Shown here: positions 48,797 to 58,182 of the stretch, one piece after another
Layout of the letters: the number at the start of each line of letters is the position of its first letter
How positions within the stretch are numbered: the first letter of the stretch is position 1
DNA from: Synechococcus sp.
GTDB taxonomy: Bacteria > Cyanobacteriota > Cyanobacteriia > PCC-6307 > Cyanobiaceae
NCBI GenBank assembly: GCA_047285305.1
Contig: JBJBDL010000003.1
Coordinates: 1,600,001 to 1,664,000 of the forward strand
Length of the DNA stretch: 64,000 bases
Direction: 5' to 3'
Notes under the pieces: generated by a model
Databases searched by the model: none
Told to the model about the DNA's origin: nothing
What the model saw: only the letters and a program-made list of their open reading frames with translations
Program-made: the position numbers and the translations under genes

Positions 48797-49018
48797 TCAA
48801 CCCAGCTGCAGGTACCAGAGCAGAGCTGCACCAAGCTGACCCGCGATTCCCAAGCCCGTGGCCTTTTCAAGCACCACGGCAGCCAAGAAACCGAGCATGG
48901 CCACCCGGCCATTGAGCCGCTCCACATCGGTCAGGGCAGACCGGTTCCAGGGGCGTGCCGTAGTGAGCGACTCGCCGAAGCGTTCCGGTTCCTCGTAACG
49001 AAAAGCAGGCCGACTCAT
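48797..49018 (-). CDS. hli: High light-inducible protein (HLIP)
   Basis: ERLNGRVAMLGF chlorophyll-binding motif plus TGLGIAGQL. Confidence 0.9.
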   Translation of the reverse strand: MSRPAFRYEEPERFGESLTTARPWNRSALTDVERLNGRVAMLGFLAAVVLEKATGLGIAGQLGAALLWYLQLG

Positions 49019-49428
49019 CGCAATGCGCAGATCCAGCGGACCTTAACCACCGTTCCATGGCGACCGGGGTAGACGGTCCAGGCACCATCGATCTGGCGTT
49101 GCTCCAGCTGACCTTTGGAGCAGTTGGCACGCATCGGCAGAACCCGTTGGGTCCACCGGTCCTGGCCAGCACGCTGGATCAGCAGGCCTGCCTCCACCTC
49201 AACGGAACCGTCCACGCTCTGGGGGGCCCGGATGTATTCAGCCGCCTTGAGCGCGGGGGTGTCGAGGGCTTCCATGAAGATCCAGCCGTCGCCTGGCAAC
49301 AGATCGCCGCGACGGGATTGCCAAACCGCTGGCTCCTGCATCGGCTGCCATTCCGCCTGAACAGGCCCTGCGATCAGGGACAGGAGTAAAGCGAGAGCAA
49401 CATTGAAGGCCAGAGCGGGGGAGGCCAT
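49015..49428 (-). CDS. Hypothetical secreted protein
   Basis: Signal peptide ending VQA; its stop overlaps the hli start. Confidence 0.65.
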   Translation of the reverse strand: MASPALAFNVALALLLSLIAGPVQAEWQPMQEPAVWQSRRGDLLPGDGWIFMEALDTPALKAAEYIRAPQSVDGSVEVEAGLLIQRAGQDRWTQRVLPMRANCSKGQLEQRQIDGAWTVYPGRHGTVVKVRWICALR

Positions 49429-49574
49429 TGGCAACGGGATGAGGGAAGAGAGGTCGGACGGACTGTCGGTCGCTTCAAACAGCTTTACGAAGCGTTGAAA
49501 CGCAAACATGAATGAATGGTTATGGAATTCCACCTAGCAGGAGTGCCAGCTTGAAACGACTGCTTCATCAGTCC

Positions 49575-49760
49575 ATGGCCAGCATTGCTCAGGGACGGGC
49601 TGCCTACACCGTCCGCCACAAGACGTCCAATGGAGAAAAGCTAGAAACCTGCTTCTACGCCGCCGATGCCTTTGAGGCCCGTCTGCTGGCCATGGAGTTC
49701 AACGCCTACATCCGACAGCACCCGAACTGCATCGATTCGATCCTCAGGACGGAGGCTTGA
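49575..49760 (+). CDS. Small conserved hypothetical protein
   Basis: ETCFYAADAFEARLLAMEFNAYIRQHPNCID. Confidence 0.65.
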   Translation: MASIAQGRAAYTVRHKTSNGEKLETCFYAADAFEARLLAMEFNAYIRQHPNCIDSILRTEA

Positions 49761-49935
49761 ACGGCGCCCGGCGACGCTCCACCTGAACGAAGACCAGCCA
49801 GGCCAGGCTGGCGAGCCCACCTCCGATCCAATCGCTGCGCAGCAGTTCCACCAGGGCGATGGTGCTGGCCCCGATGCGCAGTCCCCGTAGAAGCAGGTCC
49901 GTTATGGGAGGTGTCCGGCGCTTGTCGCGCTGCAT
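49744..49935 (-). CDS. Small membrane protein
   Basis: TDLLLRGLRIGASTIALVELL...LAWLVFVQVERRR. Confidence 0.55.
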   Translation of the reverse strand: MQRDKRRTPPITDLLLRGLRIGASTIALVELLRSDWIGGGLASLAWLVFVQVERRRAPFKPPS

Positions 49936-49952
49936 GGGCCGACTCCGAAAAG

Positions 49953-50471
49953 ATGGAGATGTTGCAGAGCCCCATGATCTCAGTCGTGCCTGGTTCTCCT
50001 GCCGCAGCTCTTCTAGCGAGGGAAGGCCTGAGCCGCCGTAATGGCAGCGGCATTCAAATCGAGCAGCTGCCGGGCTGCTGGATGTTGCAGCAGACCTGGA
50101 CGCGCAGCGGTGATCCACCGGCGCCCGGCACCGCAACTCTGCTGCGTTGGCTGCAGGCCAGCCTGATCTTGAGCCGCGGCGACCAGGGCCTAAACATCGT
50201 GAATCAGATCTGCCTGGCCGGTTTCTGGTTGCGGTTCAGAGGCCATGCCCAGCTGAAGGGTTCCAGACCACTGCTGATGTTCAGCTTCACGTCGTTGGAG
50301 TTGAGCTGGTCCCATCAGGTGCTGCTGCAGCGAAGCCTGCCGTCACCGGAGCCCCAACGCTTGCCCTTCTTTGCCCTGATTGAACTAAACGAGCAGCAAG
50401 GAACGCTCACAGCGCGGGGTAGGGGCGGTGGACTGGCCTATTGGTCACGCAAGAAACCGGAGACGTCATGA
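49953..50471 (+). CDS. Hypothetical protein, lipocalin/fibrillin-like
   Basis: LPGCWML, IVNQI, LPFFALI and ARGRGGGLAYW. Confidence 0.6.
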   Translation: MEMLQSPMISVVPGSPAAALLAREGLSRRNGSGIQIEQLPGCWMLQQTWTRSGDPPAPGTATLLRWLQASLILSRGDQGLNIVNQICLAGFWLRFRGHAQLKGSRPLLMFSFTSLELSWSHQVLLQRSLPSPEPQRLPFFALIELNEQQGTLTARGRGGGLAYWSRKKPETS

Positions 50472-50899
50472 AGCCCGCCGTCGCCCTGGCCATGCTCGAG
50501 CGGGAAGGCCGATGGCTGCTCCAGCTGCGAGACGACATTGACTCGATCATTTATCCGGGCCACTGGGGGTTGTTTGGCGGCCATCTCGATCCAGGTGAAA
50601 CAGCCAGCGAAGCCCTGCACCGCGAATTGCAGGAGGAGATCACTTGGTCGCCCAGCGTTCCGCTCGAACCATGGTTCAGCGACGACAGCGGCAACCGGGT
50701 AGCGCACGTGTTCCGCGGAAAGCTCAGCGTGCCCGTGAGCCAACTGCAGTTGAAGGAGGGACAGGAGATGAAGTTGGTGTCCCTCAGTGATCTGGTGCGT
50801 GACGCAGTCTGGAGTGAGCGGCAGCAGGAGCTCCGGCCTGTCGCTCCGCGCCTGTCAATCGTGATCGCTCGGTTGCTGCAGGAGGGCCATGACCACTGA
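50468..50899 (+). CDS. NUDIX hydrolase
   Basis: Nudix box GGHLDPGETASEALHRELQEEI. Confidence 0.9.
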   Translation: MKPAVALAMLEREGRWLLQLRDDIDSIIYPGHWGLFGGHLDPGETASEALHRELQEEITWSPSVPLEPWFSDDSGNRVAHVFRGKLSVPVSQLQLKEGQEMKLVSLSDLVRDAVWSERQQELRPVAPRLSIVIARLLQEGHDH

Positions 50900-51677
50900 A
50901 ACCTGGCTCGATCTCCGCAATGTGGAGGCATGGCTGGGCGATCGTCCGGTTCTCCACAAGCTCAACCTGCAATTGAAACTGCGGCAGTCCACAACGGTGT
51001 TGGGGCCCAATGGCGCAGGCAAAAGCAGCCTGGTGAAACTGATCGACCGCAGCCTTTATCCCATCGTTCGCCCTGACGCTCATTTGCGGTTGTTTGGCAG
51101 CGAGACGGTGAACCTCTGGGCGCTGCGCAGCCGCCTGGGGGTGGTGTCGAGCGACATGGAACAGCGGCTTCATGCCAAAACAGCTGTTGAGGAGGCCGTG
51201 GTGAGCAATTTTTTTGGGGCCACCCGGCTGGGCCGGGGTCAGAAGCCCAGTGCGCGGCAATGGGAGCAGGCGCGAGATCTGCTCGATCAACTGCACCTCC
51301 ACAGCATCCGTGAACGTTGCTGCGGAGAGCTATCGGACGGACAGCGGCGCCGCCTTTTGATCACTCGCGCCCTGGTTCACCAACCCGAGGTGCTGGTGCT
51401 GGATGAGCCGAGCCGCGCCCTCGACCTCCAGGCCTGCCATCAATTGCTGGCGATCTTGCGGCGCTTGATCCAAGCGGGAACCACCGTGGTGCAGGTCACC
51501 CATCGGGTCGACACGATCGTTCCGGAGATGGAACGGGTGCTGTTTCTGGCGCAGGGACGTCTTGTTGGAGATGGAAGCCCACGGGAGATGCTGCGGCCCG
51601 CCGAGCTGAGTGAACTTTTCAACACCCCGCTCAACGTGGTTGAAGCCCATGGCTTTCGCCAGGTTCTTCCGGGATAG
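50889..51677 (+). CDS. ABC transporter ATP-binding protein (ModF-like)
   Basis: GPNGAGKS, LSDGQRRR and VLDEP. Confidence 0.88.
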   Translation: MTTETWLDLRNVEAWLGDRPVLHKLNLQLKLRQSTTVLGPNGAGKSSLVKLIDRSLYPIVRPDAHLRLFGSETVNLWALRSRLGVVSSDMEQRLHAKTAVEEAVVSNFFGATRLGRGQKPSARQWEQARDLLDQLHLHSIRERCCGELSDGQRRRLLITRALVHQPEVLVLDEPSRALDLQACHQLLAILRRLIQAGTTVVQVTHRVDTIVPEMERVLFLAQGRLVGDGSPREMLRPAELSELFNTPLNVVEAHGFRQVLPG

Positions 51678-51732
51678 GTCCGGAGGCAGCACCCTGCTCT
51701 GCTAGGGATGATGGCCAGACCACGCAATCGCC

Positions 51733-51933
51733 ATGGCAACGGCAGAACAGAAAAAGACCATCACCAAGAAGCGCCTCCAGGAGCTGCGCAACCAGTGCCG
51801 TGACCATTACAACGTGGTGGCCGATGGTGTTTTGCCCGACGGTGCCGATGTGCGCGTCACCATGGGCAAGCTCCAGGAGCTGATCGAACTTCTGGATGGC
51901 AAAGCCAAGTGGGATGACAGCGAAGCCTCCTGA
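51733..51933 (+). CDS. Small conserved hypothetical protein
   Basis: 66-aa ATG ORF with strong host codon bias. Confidence 0.7.
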   Translation: MATAEQKKTITKKRLQELRNQCRDHYNVVADGVLPDGADVRVTMGKLQELIELLDGKAKWDDSEAS

Positions 51934-51946
51934 GCCGTTCCAAGAC

Positions 51947-52102
51947 GTGAGGGACGATCTTGATTACCGCGAGCCTTGGGACCAGTACGGTTCCAAGCAA
52001 ACGGCACCCGATCAGGGTCGTTCCGCCAAGGACTTTCACTTTCGAGAAGCCGGCGTTCAGCGCTTCAACGACACCTACGACTGGGACGACGACGAGCGCT
52101 GA
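51947..52102 (+). CDS. Small acidic hypothetical protein
   Basis: VRDDLDYREPWDQYG...YDWDDDER. Confidence 0.5.
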   Translation: MRDDLDYREPWDQYGSKQTAPDQGRSAKDFHFREAGVQRFNDTYDWDDDER

Positions 52103-52110
52103 TCCACCGA

Positions 52111-52935
52111 TCAGAGACGCCGCAGCACCCCCTGCCCAGGCGCAAGAAGGAAGGCGAGCACGAATTGCGCGGTTTGCGCCAGCACGATGCAACCGGCGGT
52201 GGAGCTGTCGGTCCAGTAGCTGATGAACACCCCCAGCAGACTGGAGAGCACGCTGCTGGAGACAGCCAGCAGCGTCATCCGGTCAAACCGATCGGTGAGC
52301 AGATAGGCCGTAGCACCAGGGGTGACGAGCATCGACACCACCAGGATGATTCCCACGGTCTGGAGACCAGCAACGGCAGCCAGGGAGAGGAGTCCCAGCA
52401 GCATGTAGTGCAGCAGTCCGGTGTTAATCCCGATCGATCGGGCGTGGGTGGGATCGAAGCAGAAGAGCATCAGGTCCCGCCGGAACAGCAGCAGCAGCAC
52501 CAGCACCAGCACCGAAATAACCAGGGTCTGCTGCACGTCCCCCGATGAGATCCCAAGCACATTGCCGAAGAGGATGTGGGTGAGATCGATGTTGCTGCGC
52601 GTCTTGGAGACGAGCACGAGCCCCAGAGCGAAAAAACCGGTGAAGACAAGCCCGATGACGGTGTCTTCCTTCACCCTCGACTTCTGCTTCACAAAGCCGA
52701 TGGCGGCAACGGAGCCCACACCAAAAACAAACGCCCCCAGGGAGAAGGGCAGGCCCAGGGCATAGGCGACTACGACGCCAGGGAGGACCGCATGGGAGAC
52801 GGCATCGCCCATCAACGCCCATCCCTTCAGGGTCATGAAGCAGGACAACAGCCCGCAAACACCCCCAACCAGGGCACTGATCATCAACGCCTTCACCATG
52901 AAGGCGTGACTGAGGGGTTCCAGCAAAAGCTCCAT
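52111..52935 (-). CDS. mntB: Mn/Fe/Zn ABC transporter permease
   Basis: LMGDAVSHAVLPG, KEDTVIG, HILFGNVLG and FDPTHA. Confidence 0.9.
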   Translation of the reverse strand: MELLLEPLSHAFMVKALMISALVGGVCGLLSCFMTLKGWALMGDAVSHAVLPGVVVAYALGLPFSLGAFVFGVGSVAAIGFVKQKSRVKEDTVIGLVFTGFFALGLVLVSKTRSNIDLTHILFGNVLGISSGDVQQTLVISVLVLVLLLLFRRDLMLFCFDPTHARSIGINTGLLHYMLLGLLSLAAVAGLQTVGIILVVSMLVTPGATAYLLTDRFDRMTLLAVSSSVLSSLLGVFISYWTDSSTAGCIVLAQTAQFVLAFLLAPGQGVLRRL

Positions 52936-52967
52936 CGGAACAGTATGGGCGCGCTGCAGTCGGTTCG

Positions 52968-54332
52968 ATGCCCCGCGCCTCCACCCAGAACGCTCGTCCC
53001 GCACTGCGCCGGCTGCCCACCCGTCCCAGCAGGATGGTTCAGGCCGTGGTCAGCCGCCTGCTTCCGCTTCTCTTCCGAAGTCAGGGCCTTGAGCTGAGGC
53101 ATCGTGATGCAGCAGAAGCCCTGGCCAAGGCCTTTGCAGACCAGCAGTCGGGGGCCTGCAATCTGCTGATCGCCTTTCGACACCCCAGCACCCGTGATCC
53201 GGTGGTGATGGCGGATTTGTTCTGGAACGGCATTCCCCGGGCGGCACGGCGGCTCAAGCTGCAGCTGCCACGCCCCATCCAGCTGCGGTTTCTCTACGAC
53301 CGCGGCATTCCGATCTGGGCGGGCCCGGTGATCGGCTGGCTGTTGCAACGCAGTGGCGGCATCGCCATCCACCGTGGCCGCTTGGATCGCCCAGCGCTGG
53401 CCCAAGCGCGCGGGGCTCTGGCCCAGGGGCGCTACCCGCTGGTGGTGGCACCGGAAGGAGCCACCAACAACCTCTCCGGCGAGATGGCTCCCTTGGAGCC
53501 GGGGGTTGCCCAGCTGGCGTTCTGGGCCGCTGAGGATCTGGAGAGAGCCAACGACGAGCGGCCGCTGGAGGTTTTGCCCATTGGCATTCACTACAGCTGG
53601 AGGCACCACGATTGGATCGCCCTCAAGGCCCGGTTGGCTTCCCTCGAACACCATCTCGGCATCTCCTCCCCCGACGCTGGCCCGGACAATTCAGAGACCA
53701 CCAGCCGCGACCGGCTGATCCAGATCGGCATAAATATGCTCCAAGCCCTTGAGCAGCTCGAACGGCTGAAGCCCGAGCCAGCTCAGACCTTCAGCGAGCG
53801 AATTGCTGCCTACCGCCGGCATGGCTTGGCCAAAGCCGAGACCCATTTCGGCCTGCATGCCGGCGGCAATCTTCAGGAGCGCTGCCGCCGGATCGAGCAA
53901 GCTGCCTGGGATCGGATCTACAGGGAGAGTGTTGATCAGCTCCCGCCGCTTAAGCGGAGCCTGGCGGACTGGGAGGCACGGGAAGCCGACCTCCAACTCA
54001 CCCGCATGCGACTGGTGGAGCACTTCACCAGCGTGAGTGGCCATTACATCAGTGATCGAACCGACTTTGACCGCTTTGCCGAGATGTTACTGGTGATGGA
54101 GGAAGCGATCGGCTGGATCGAAGACAAGCCCTGGAAGGGTCAGCCCAGCCTCGGCCCACAACGGGTGGAGGTGCGTCTTGGACAGGCCTTGCCCGTGCGG
54201 CCTCGACTGAAGCAGTACCGCAGCAACCGTCGCGAGGCGATGCAGGTGTTCATGCAAGACCTGGAGCAGGCTCTTGTAGGCCTTATGCCCGACGCCTCAC
54301 GGGAAACGACGACTGAGGCGGAAGAGCTCTGA
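52968..54332 (+). CDS. PlsC-family acyltransferase
   Basis: FRHPSTRDP (HX4D), FLYDRGIP and APEGATN. Confidence 0.82.
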   Translation: MPRASTQNARPALRRLPTRPSRMVQAVVSRLLPLLFRSQGLELRHRDAAEALAKAFADQQSGACNLLIAFRHPSTRDPVVMADLFWNGIPRAARRLKLQLPRPIQLRFLYDRGIPIWAGPVIGWLLQRSGGIAIHRGRLDRPALAQARGALAQGRYPLVVAPEGATNNLSGEMAPLEPGVAQLAFWAAEDLERANDERPLEVLPIGIHYSWRHHDWIALKARLASLEHHLGISSPDAGPDNSETTSRDRLIQIGINMLQALEQLERLKPEPAQTFSERIAAYRRHGLAKAETHFGLHAGGNLQERCRRIEQAAWDRIYRESVDQLPPLKRSLADWEAREADLQLTRMRLVEHFTSVSGHYISDRTDFDRFAEMLLVMEEAIGWIEDKPWKGQPSLGPQRVEVRLGQALPVRPRLKQYRSNRREAMQVFMQDLEQALVGLMPDASRETTTEAEEL

Positions 54333-55088
54333 TTAGAACGTCTCCTCCGGAGAGCTATTGCCCGTCAGCAGATCAGGAGGCACGCCACCGAAGGTCATGG
54401 CGAGGTTCTCGGGGGTGAACACTTCTGAGGTTTCCCCGTAGGCGAGCACGGTCTTGTTGATCAGAACCACCAGATCGCAAAAATCACGAACGTGGCCCAG
54501 GTCATGGGTGGAGATCAGGATCGTGCGGCCCTCGTCGCGGAATTGAAGAAACAGCTGGGCCATCAGCTGCTCAGTGCGCACATCAACTCCATTGAAGGGC
54601 TCATCCAGCAGCAGCACATCAGCGCGCTGGGCGATGGCTCGGGCCAGGAAAGTGCGCTTTCGCTGACCACCGGAGAGGGTACCAAGGGGACGATCGGCCA
54701 GTTCCAGCAGATCAACCCGCGTCAAGGCGTCCCGCACAGCTACACGATCTGAGCTGCGGGGAATCCGCAACAGATTCATCGCGCCGTAGCGGCCCATCAT
54801 CACTACATCCCACACCGACACGGGGAACTGGGCATCCACCCCTTCGCTCTGGGGCACATAGGCCACCGCTTGATGACGCTGGGCTTCGGCAACGCTGCTG
54901 CCGTTGATCCGGATTCTGCCGCGCGAGGGGCGCACAAAGCCAGTGAGGGCCCTGAAAAATGTCGATTTACCGGCACCGTTCATGCCCACAAGACCGCAGA
55001 TGCAACCGGCTGGCAGGTGCAGGCTGGCGTCGTACAGGGCAACGTTGCCGTTGTAGTCCACACAGAGCTGGTCGGCCTGTATGCGCAT
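54333..55088 (-). CDS. mntA: Mn/Fe/Zn ABC transporter ATP-binding protein
   Basis: GMNGAGKST, YVPQ, LSGGQRKR and LLDEPFNGVD. Confidence 0.9.
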   Translation of the reverse strand: MRIQADQLCVDYNGNVALYDASLHLPAGCICGLVGMNGAGKSTFFRALTGFVRPSRGRIRINGSSVAEAQRHQAVAYVPQSEGVDAQFPVSVWDVVMMGRYGAMNLLRIPRSSDRVAVRDALTRVDLLELADRPLGTLSGGQRKRTFLARAIAQRADVLLLDEPFNGVDVRTEQLMAQLFLQFRDEGRTILISTHDLGHVRDFCDLVVLINKTVLAYGETSEVFTPENLAMTFGGVPPDLLTGNSSPEETF

Positions 55089-56056
55089 CAGCGGTTGCTC
55101 TTGGACGGGTCCAGGCCTTTGCGGATCAAACCCACATTGTGCCGCTGCAGTTCCAACAAGGTGGGTGCAGGCCCGTCCGTAGACGAGAGGGAATCCACGT
55201 AAAAGGTTCCACCGAATCGCGACCCTGCCGCCGCTGCCACCTCCCGTTGGGCCTTATCGCTCACGGTGCTTTCACAAAAAATGGCTGGCACCTCGCGCTC
55301 TCGCACCATGTCGATCAACCGACCCATGCGTTTTGGTGTGATCTCGCTTTCGGCATTCACAGGCCAGAGATAGGCCTCCTCGAGTCCGTAATCCACTGCC
55401 AGATAGGTGAAGGCTCCCTCGCAACTCACCAGCAGCCGTTGCTGGGCCGGCAGCGCGGCAATCGCCTTGCTCAGCTCCTGATCGAGGGCCTGGAGCTTGG
55501 CTTTGTAGGCCGACGCGTTAGCGGCAAAATACTCAGCCCCGGCCGGATCGAGTTGGCTGAAGGCCCGCTCCAGATGGTCCACGTAGCCCATCGTGCGCTG
55601 GGGGGACATCCAGGCATGGGGATTGGGCTTACCGGAGTAGGCGTCCTCCGTGATCAGCAGAGGGTCCATCCCCTCCGATAGGGTGATTTTGGGCACATCC
55701 CCTGCTGCAGCCGTGAAGCGCTGGGCCCACAATTCCAGCCCCAACCCGTTCTCAACAATAAGATCCGCCTTGCTGGCGCGCTCAATGTCACTGGGGGTGG
55801 GTTGGTAACCGTGGATCTCGGCACCGGGCTTGACGATCGAGGCCACTTGCAACCGATCACCCGCCACATTGCTGGCCAGATCGGCCAAAACCGTGAAGGT
55901 TGTTAGCACCTGGGGGCGTGAATCCAAGGTGACGTACTGATCTCGGCTGCGGCAGGATGCCAGCAGCACACCCATCACAACCAGCAGCAATGCCGCCGAA
56001 CGGTTCCAGTTCAACAGTGGCAATGCGGGCTGACTCGGCCTGATCGATGATCGCAT
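55088..56056 (-). CDS. mntC: Mn/Fe/Zn ABC transporter substrate-binding lipoprotein
   Basis: LASC lipobox, EIHGYQPTPSD, NPHAWMSP, CEGAFTYL and YVDSLS. Confidence 0.9.
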   Translation of the reverse strand: MRSSIRPSQPALPLLNWNRSAALLLVVMGVLLASCRSRDQYVTLDSRPQVLTTFTVLADLASNVAGDRLQVASIVKPGAEIHGYQPTPSDIERASKADLIVENGLGLELWAQRFTAAAGDVPKITLSEGMDPLLITEDAYSGKPNPHAWMSPQRTMGYVDHLERAFSQLDPAGAEYFAANASAYKAKLQALDQELSKAIAALPAQQRLLVSCEGAFTYLAVDYGLEEAYLWPVNAESEITPKRMGRLIDMVREREVPAIFCESTVSDKAQREVAAAAGSRFGGTFYVDSLSSTDGPAPTLLELQRHNVGLIRKGLDPSKSNR

Positions 56057-56153
56057 CAGTGGGTCCTAAACAATCTCGGCAACGGCAGAGAAACGCTGCA
56101 ACGAAGCGATGCAATCACCGAATCGCCAAGATCACCTCACCCACTGAACACCC

Positions 56154-56807
56154 GTGCGCAAGTCTGAGCGGGTGGAGGTGATCCTGCAGCGCCTCCACGA
56201 GCAGTACCCGGAAACACCGATCCCCCTGGATCACAATGATCCATTCACTCTGCTGATCGCTGTTCTGTTGAGTGCCCAATGCACCGACAAGAAGGTGAAT
56301 GAGGTGACGCCGGCGCTGTTTGCCGCTGGGCCAACACCCGCAGCCATGGCGGCACTCGAGGAGGAGCAGATCCTGGCGTTCATCCGGCAGCTCGGATTGT
56401 CCAAAACCAAGGCAAGAAACGTGCGGCGCCTCGCCCAGATTCTGGTGACGGCCTACGACGGCGACGTTCCCCAGAGCTTTGAGGAACTCGAGGCGTTACC
56501 GGGCGTGGGGCACAAGACAGCCAGCGTGGTGATGGCCCAGGCCTTCGGCGTGCCCGCCTTCCCCGTCGACACCCACATCCACCGGCTGGCCCAGCGCTGG
56601 GGATTGAGCGACGGCAGCAGTGTGGCGCGCACGGAACAGGACCTCAAGCGCCTCTTCCCCAAGGAGCACTGGAACCGACTGCACCTACAGATCATTTTCT
56701 GGGGCCGTGAGTTCTGCACAGCACGGGGCTGCGACGGAACCGTCTGCCCCATGTGCCGTGAGCTCTATCCGAAACGGCGCCGTCCTGTGATCACCCGCAA
56801 ACCCTGA
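56154..56807 (+). CDS. nth: Endonuclease III
   Basis: LLSAQCTD, LPGVGHKTA HhH motif, VDTH and a C-terminal Cys cluster. Confidence 0.95.
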   Translation: MRKSERVEVILQRLHEQYPETPIPLDHNDPFTLLIAVLLSAQCTDKKVNEVTPALFAAGPTPAAMAALEEEQILAFIRQLGLSKTKARNVRRLAQILVTAYDGDVPQSFEELEALPGVGHKTASVVMAQAFGVPAFPVDTHIHRLAQRWGLSDGSSVARTEQDLKRLFPKEHWNRLHLQIIFWGREFCTARGCDGTVCPMCRELYPKRRRPVITRKP

Positions 56808-57092
56808 TCAAGACAACAGCTCTTCAGCATTGGCCTTGATCACGCAATCAGCGATGGGGTAGCTCACACAAAGGAGGGCAAACCCCTGGCCGATCTGATC
56901 ATCATCGAGAAAGCTCTGATCGGTCTGATCCACCGAGCCACTCACCAAACGGCCGGCGCAGGTGGAACAGGCGCCGGCCCGGCAGGAATAGGGCAGATCA
57001 ACTCCGGCCTCCTCGGCTGCATCGAGGATGTACGTGTCATCAGGGCACGAAAAGCTGGCACCACTCTCGATGCTGATGTTGAAAGAGGCCAT
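56808..57092 (-). CDS. petF: Plant-type 2Fe-2S ferredoxin
   Basis: [15 protein letters not shown]...LLCV. Confidence 0.93.
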   Translation of the reverse strand: MASFNISIESGASFSCPDDTYILDAAEEAGVDLPYSCRAGACSTCAGRLVSGSVDQTDQSFLDDDQIGQGFALLCVSYPIADCVIKANAEELLS

Positions 57093-57467
57093 GACGCGGA
57101 AGATCCTGAAGGGTTGGTAGCTGAATCAGACCATCGGCGCCAAGGCAGCTTGATCGCAACGTTTTCCCATGAATGTATGGGGGGAGGCGCAGGCGAGGGA
57201 ACCTGCGCTCGTTCAACTCCCCGAAGCGTTGGCAGTGATGCTCGCGCCACCCGAATCATCACGCGGATGAGAAGAGTTCTTACTAAGCAGTAATGCCTAA
57301 AAACGTGCGGATCGGTACCCGCCAAAGCGCCAACGTCTTGGACAGTGCATCACGAAAGAAGTGGCGCTTTCAATGCGTCACGGAGGGGTTGGGCTGAGGG
57401 GCCTGCTCCTTTTTCTGGCCTTGACCTGAGCCAGAAGGCCACTTGACCGCCCAAACCCACCGTTGCT

Positions 57468-57481
57468 AGTACTGATGTACT
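57468..57481. promoter_or_regulatory. LexA-type SOS box overlapping the -10 of the DUF1651 gene
   Basis: AGTAC-TGA-TGTACT; TTGACC -35 at 57443. Confidence 0.75.
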
Positions 57482-57487
57482 TGCAGC

Positions 57488-57742
57488 ATGGTCATGGGAG
57501 AGGGCTGGCTGATTGACAGCGACGACCGCTGGATCTGGCGATTCCATCGCGATCAGCAGGGATGGACCCATGAGCCGAAGGTCTTCATCGACAGAGGCCT
57601 TCGCTTGCCTGACGGCCCTCCCCTGCTGAAGGAACGCCGTCACCTGCGAAAGGCCGATGCAGAACAACTCTGGGCGTCCTTGCAGACCCAGGGTTGGAAG
57701 CGCCTTGCATCTCCAGCCTGGGGCGACGTGTTTGAACTCTGA
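57488..57742 (+). CDS. DUF1651 family protein
   Basis: EGWLID..RFHRD..VFIDRG..PPLLKERRHL..LWASLQTQGWK...PAW. Confidence 0.85.
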   Translation: MVMGEGWLIDSDDRWIWRFHRDQQGWTHEPKVFIDRGLRLPDGPPLLKERRHLRKADAEQLWASLQTQGWKRLASPAWGDVFEL

Positions 57743-57814
57743 GACAGGTCGCGCCAACTGCGAGGCTGTCCATCAGCAATCCCAAAGCCCGCTTCGGATA
57801 GGCAAATTTGAGAT

Positions 57815-57902
57815 GTGAGGAAAAATGTCTCAAAGGGTGGAAACAAGGACACACTCCTTCGTGCCGTTTTGAAACCCCTGCCTTTGGCGGGGGTTTCTTT
57901 TT
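57815..57902 (+). ncRNA. yfr2: Yfr2-family small RNA
   Basis: 5' GTGAGGA, central GGAAACA-aGGACACAC motif within a stem, and a 3' intrinsic terminator. Confidence 0.78.
57871..57902 (+). terminator. Intrinsic terminator of Yfr2
   Basis: GAAACCCCTGCC-ttt-GGCGGGGGTTTC followed by ttttt. Confidence 0.85.
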
Positions 57903-57918
57903 GCCTGCCAGTGAGCCC

Positions 57919-58182
57919 ATGGAATCGGTCATCAACGAAATCGAGTTCAACTTCGAGCAGACCGTCAGCATTCGAACTGACGTGAAGCTGAGCAAGGAAG
58001 ACGTCAAGCAGATCGTCTCAGAAGCTCCCGCAGAAACCCTGGAAGAGATCGTCTACCAAAGCCTGGTGACCGATGAGTTGTACCTGAGAGCGAGGGCCAA
58101 GGAGATCGCCGCCAAACTCAAGCAAGACGACCTTGAAGTGAACAGGGTCGAATACTGGGACGACGAAGGAAACAAAGTCTGA
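57919..58182 (+). CDS. Acidic hypothetical protein
   Basis: MESVINEIEFNFEQTVSIRTDV...; host-like codon use. Confidence 0.65.
   Translation: MESVINEIEFNFEQTVSIRTDVKLSKEDVKQIVSEAPAETLEEIVYQSLVTDELYLRARAKEIAAKLKQDDLEVNRVEYWDDEGNKV

Noticed and set aside
52486..52513. (CAG)/(CAGCAC)n repeat in mntB
   Set aside because: It encodes the VLVLVLLLL stretch of a TM helix.
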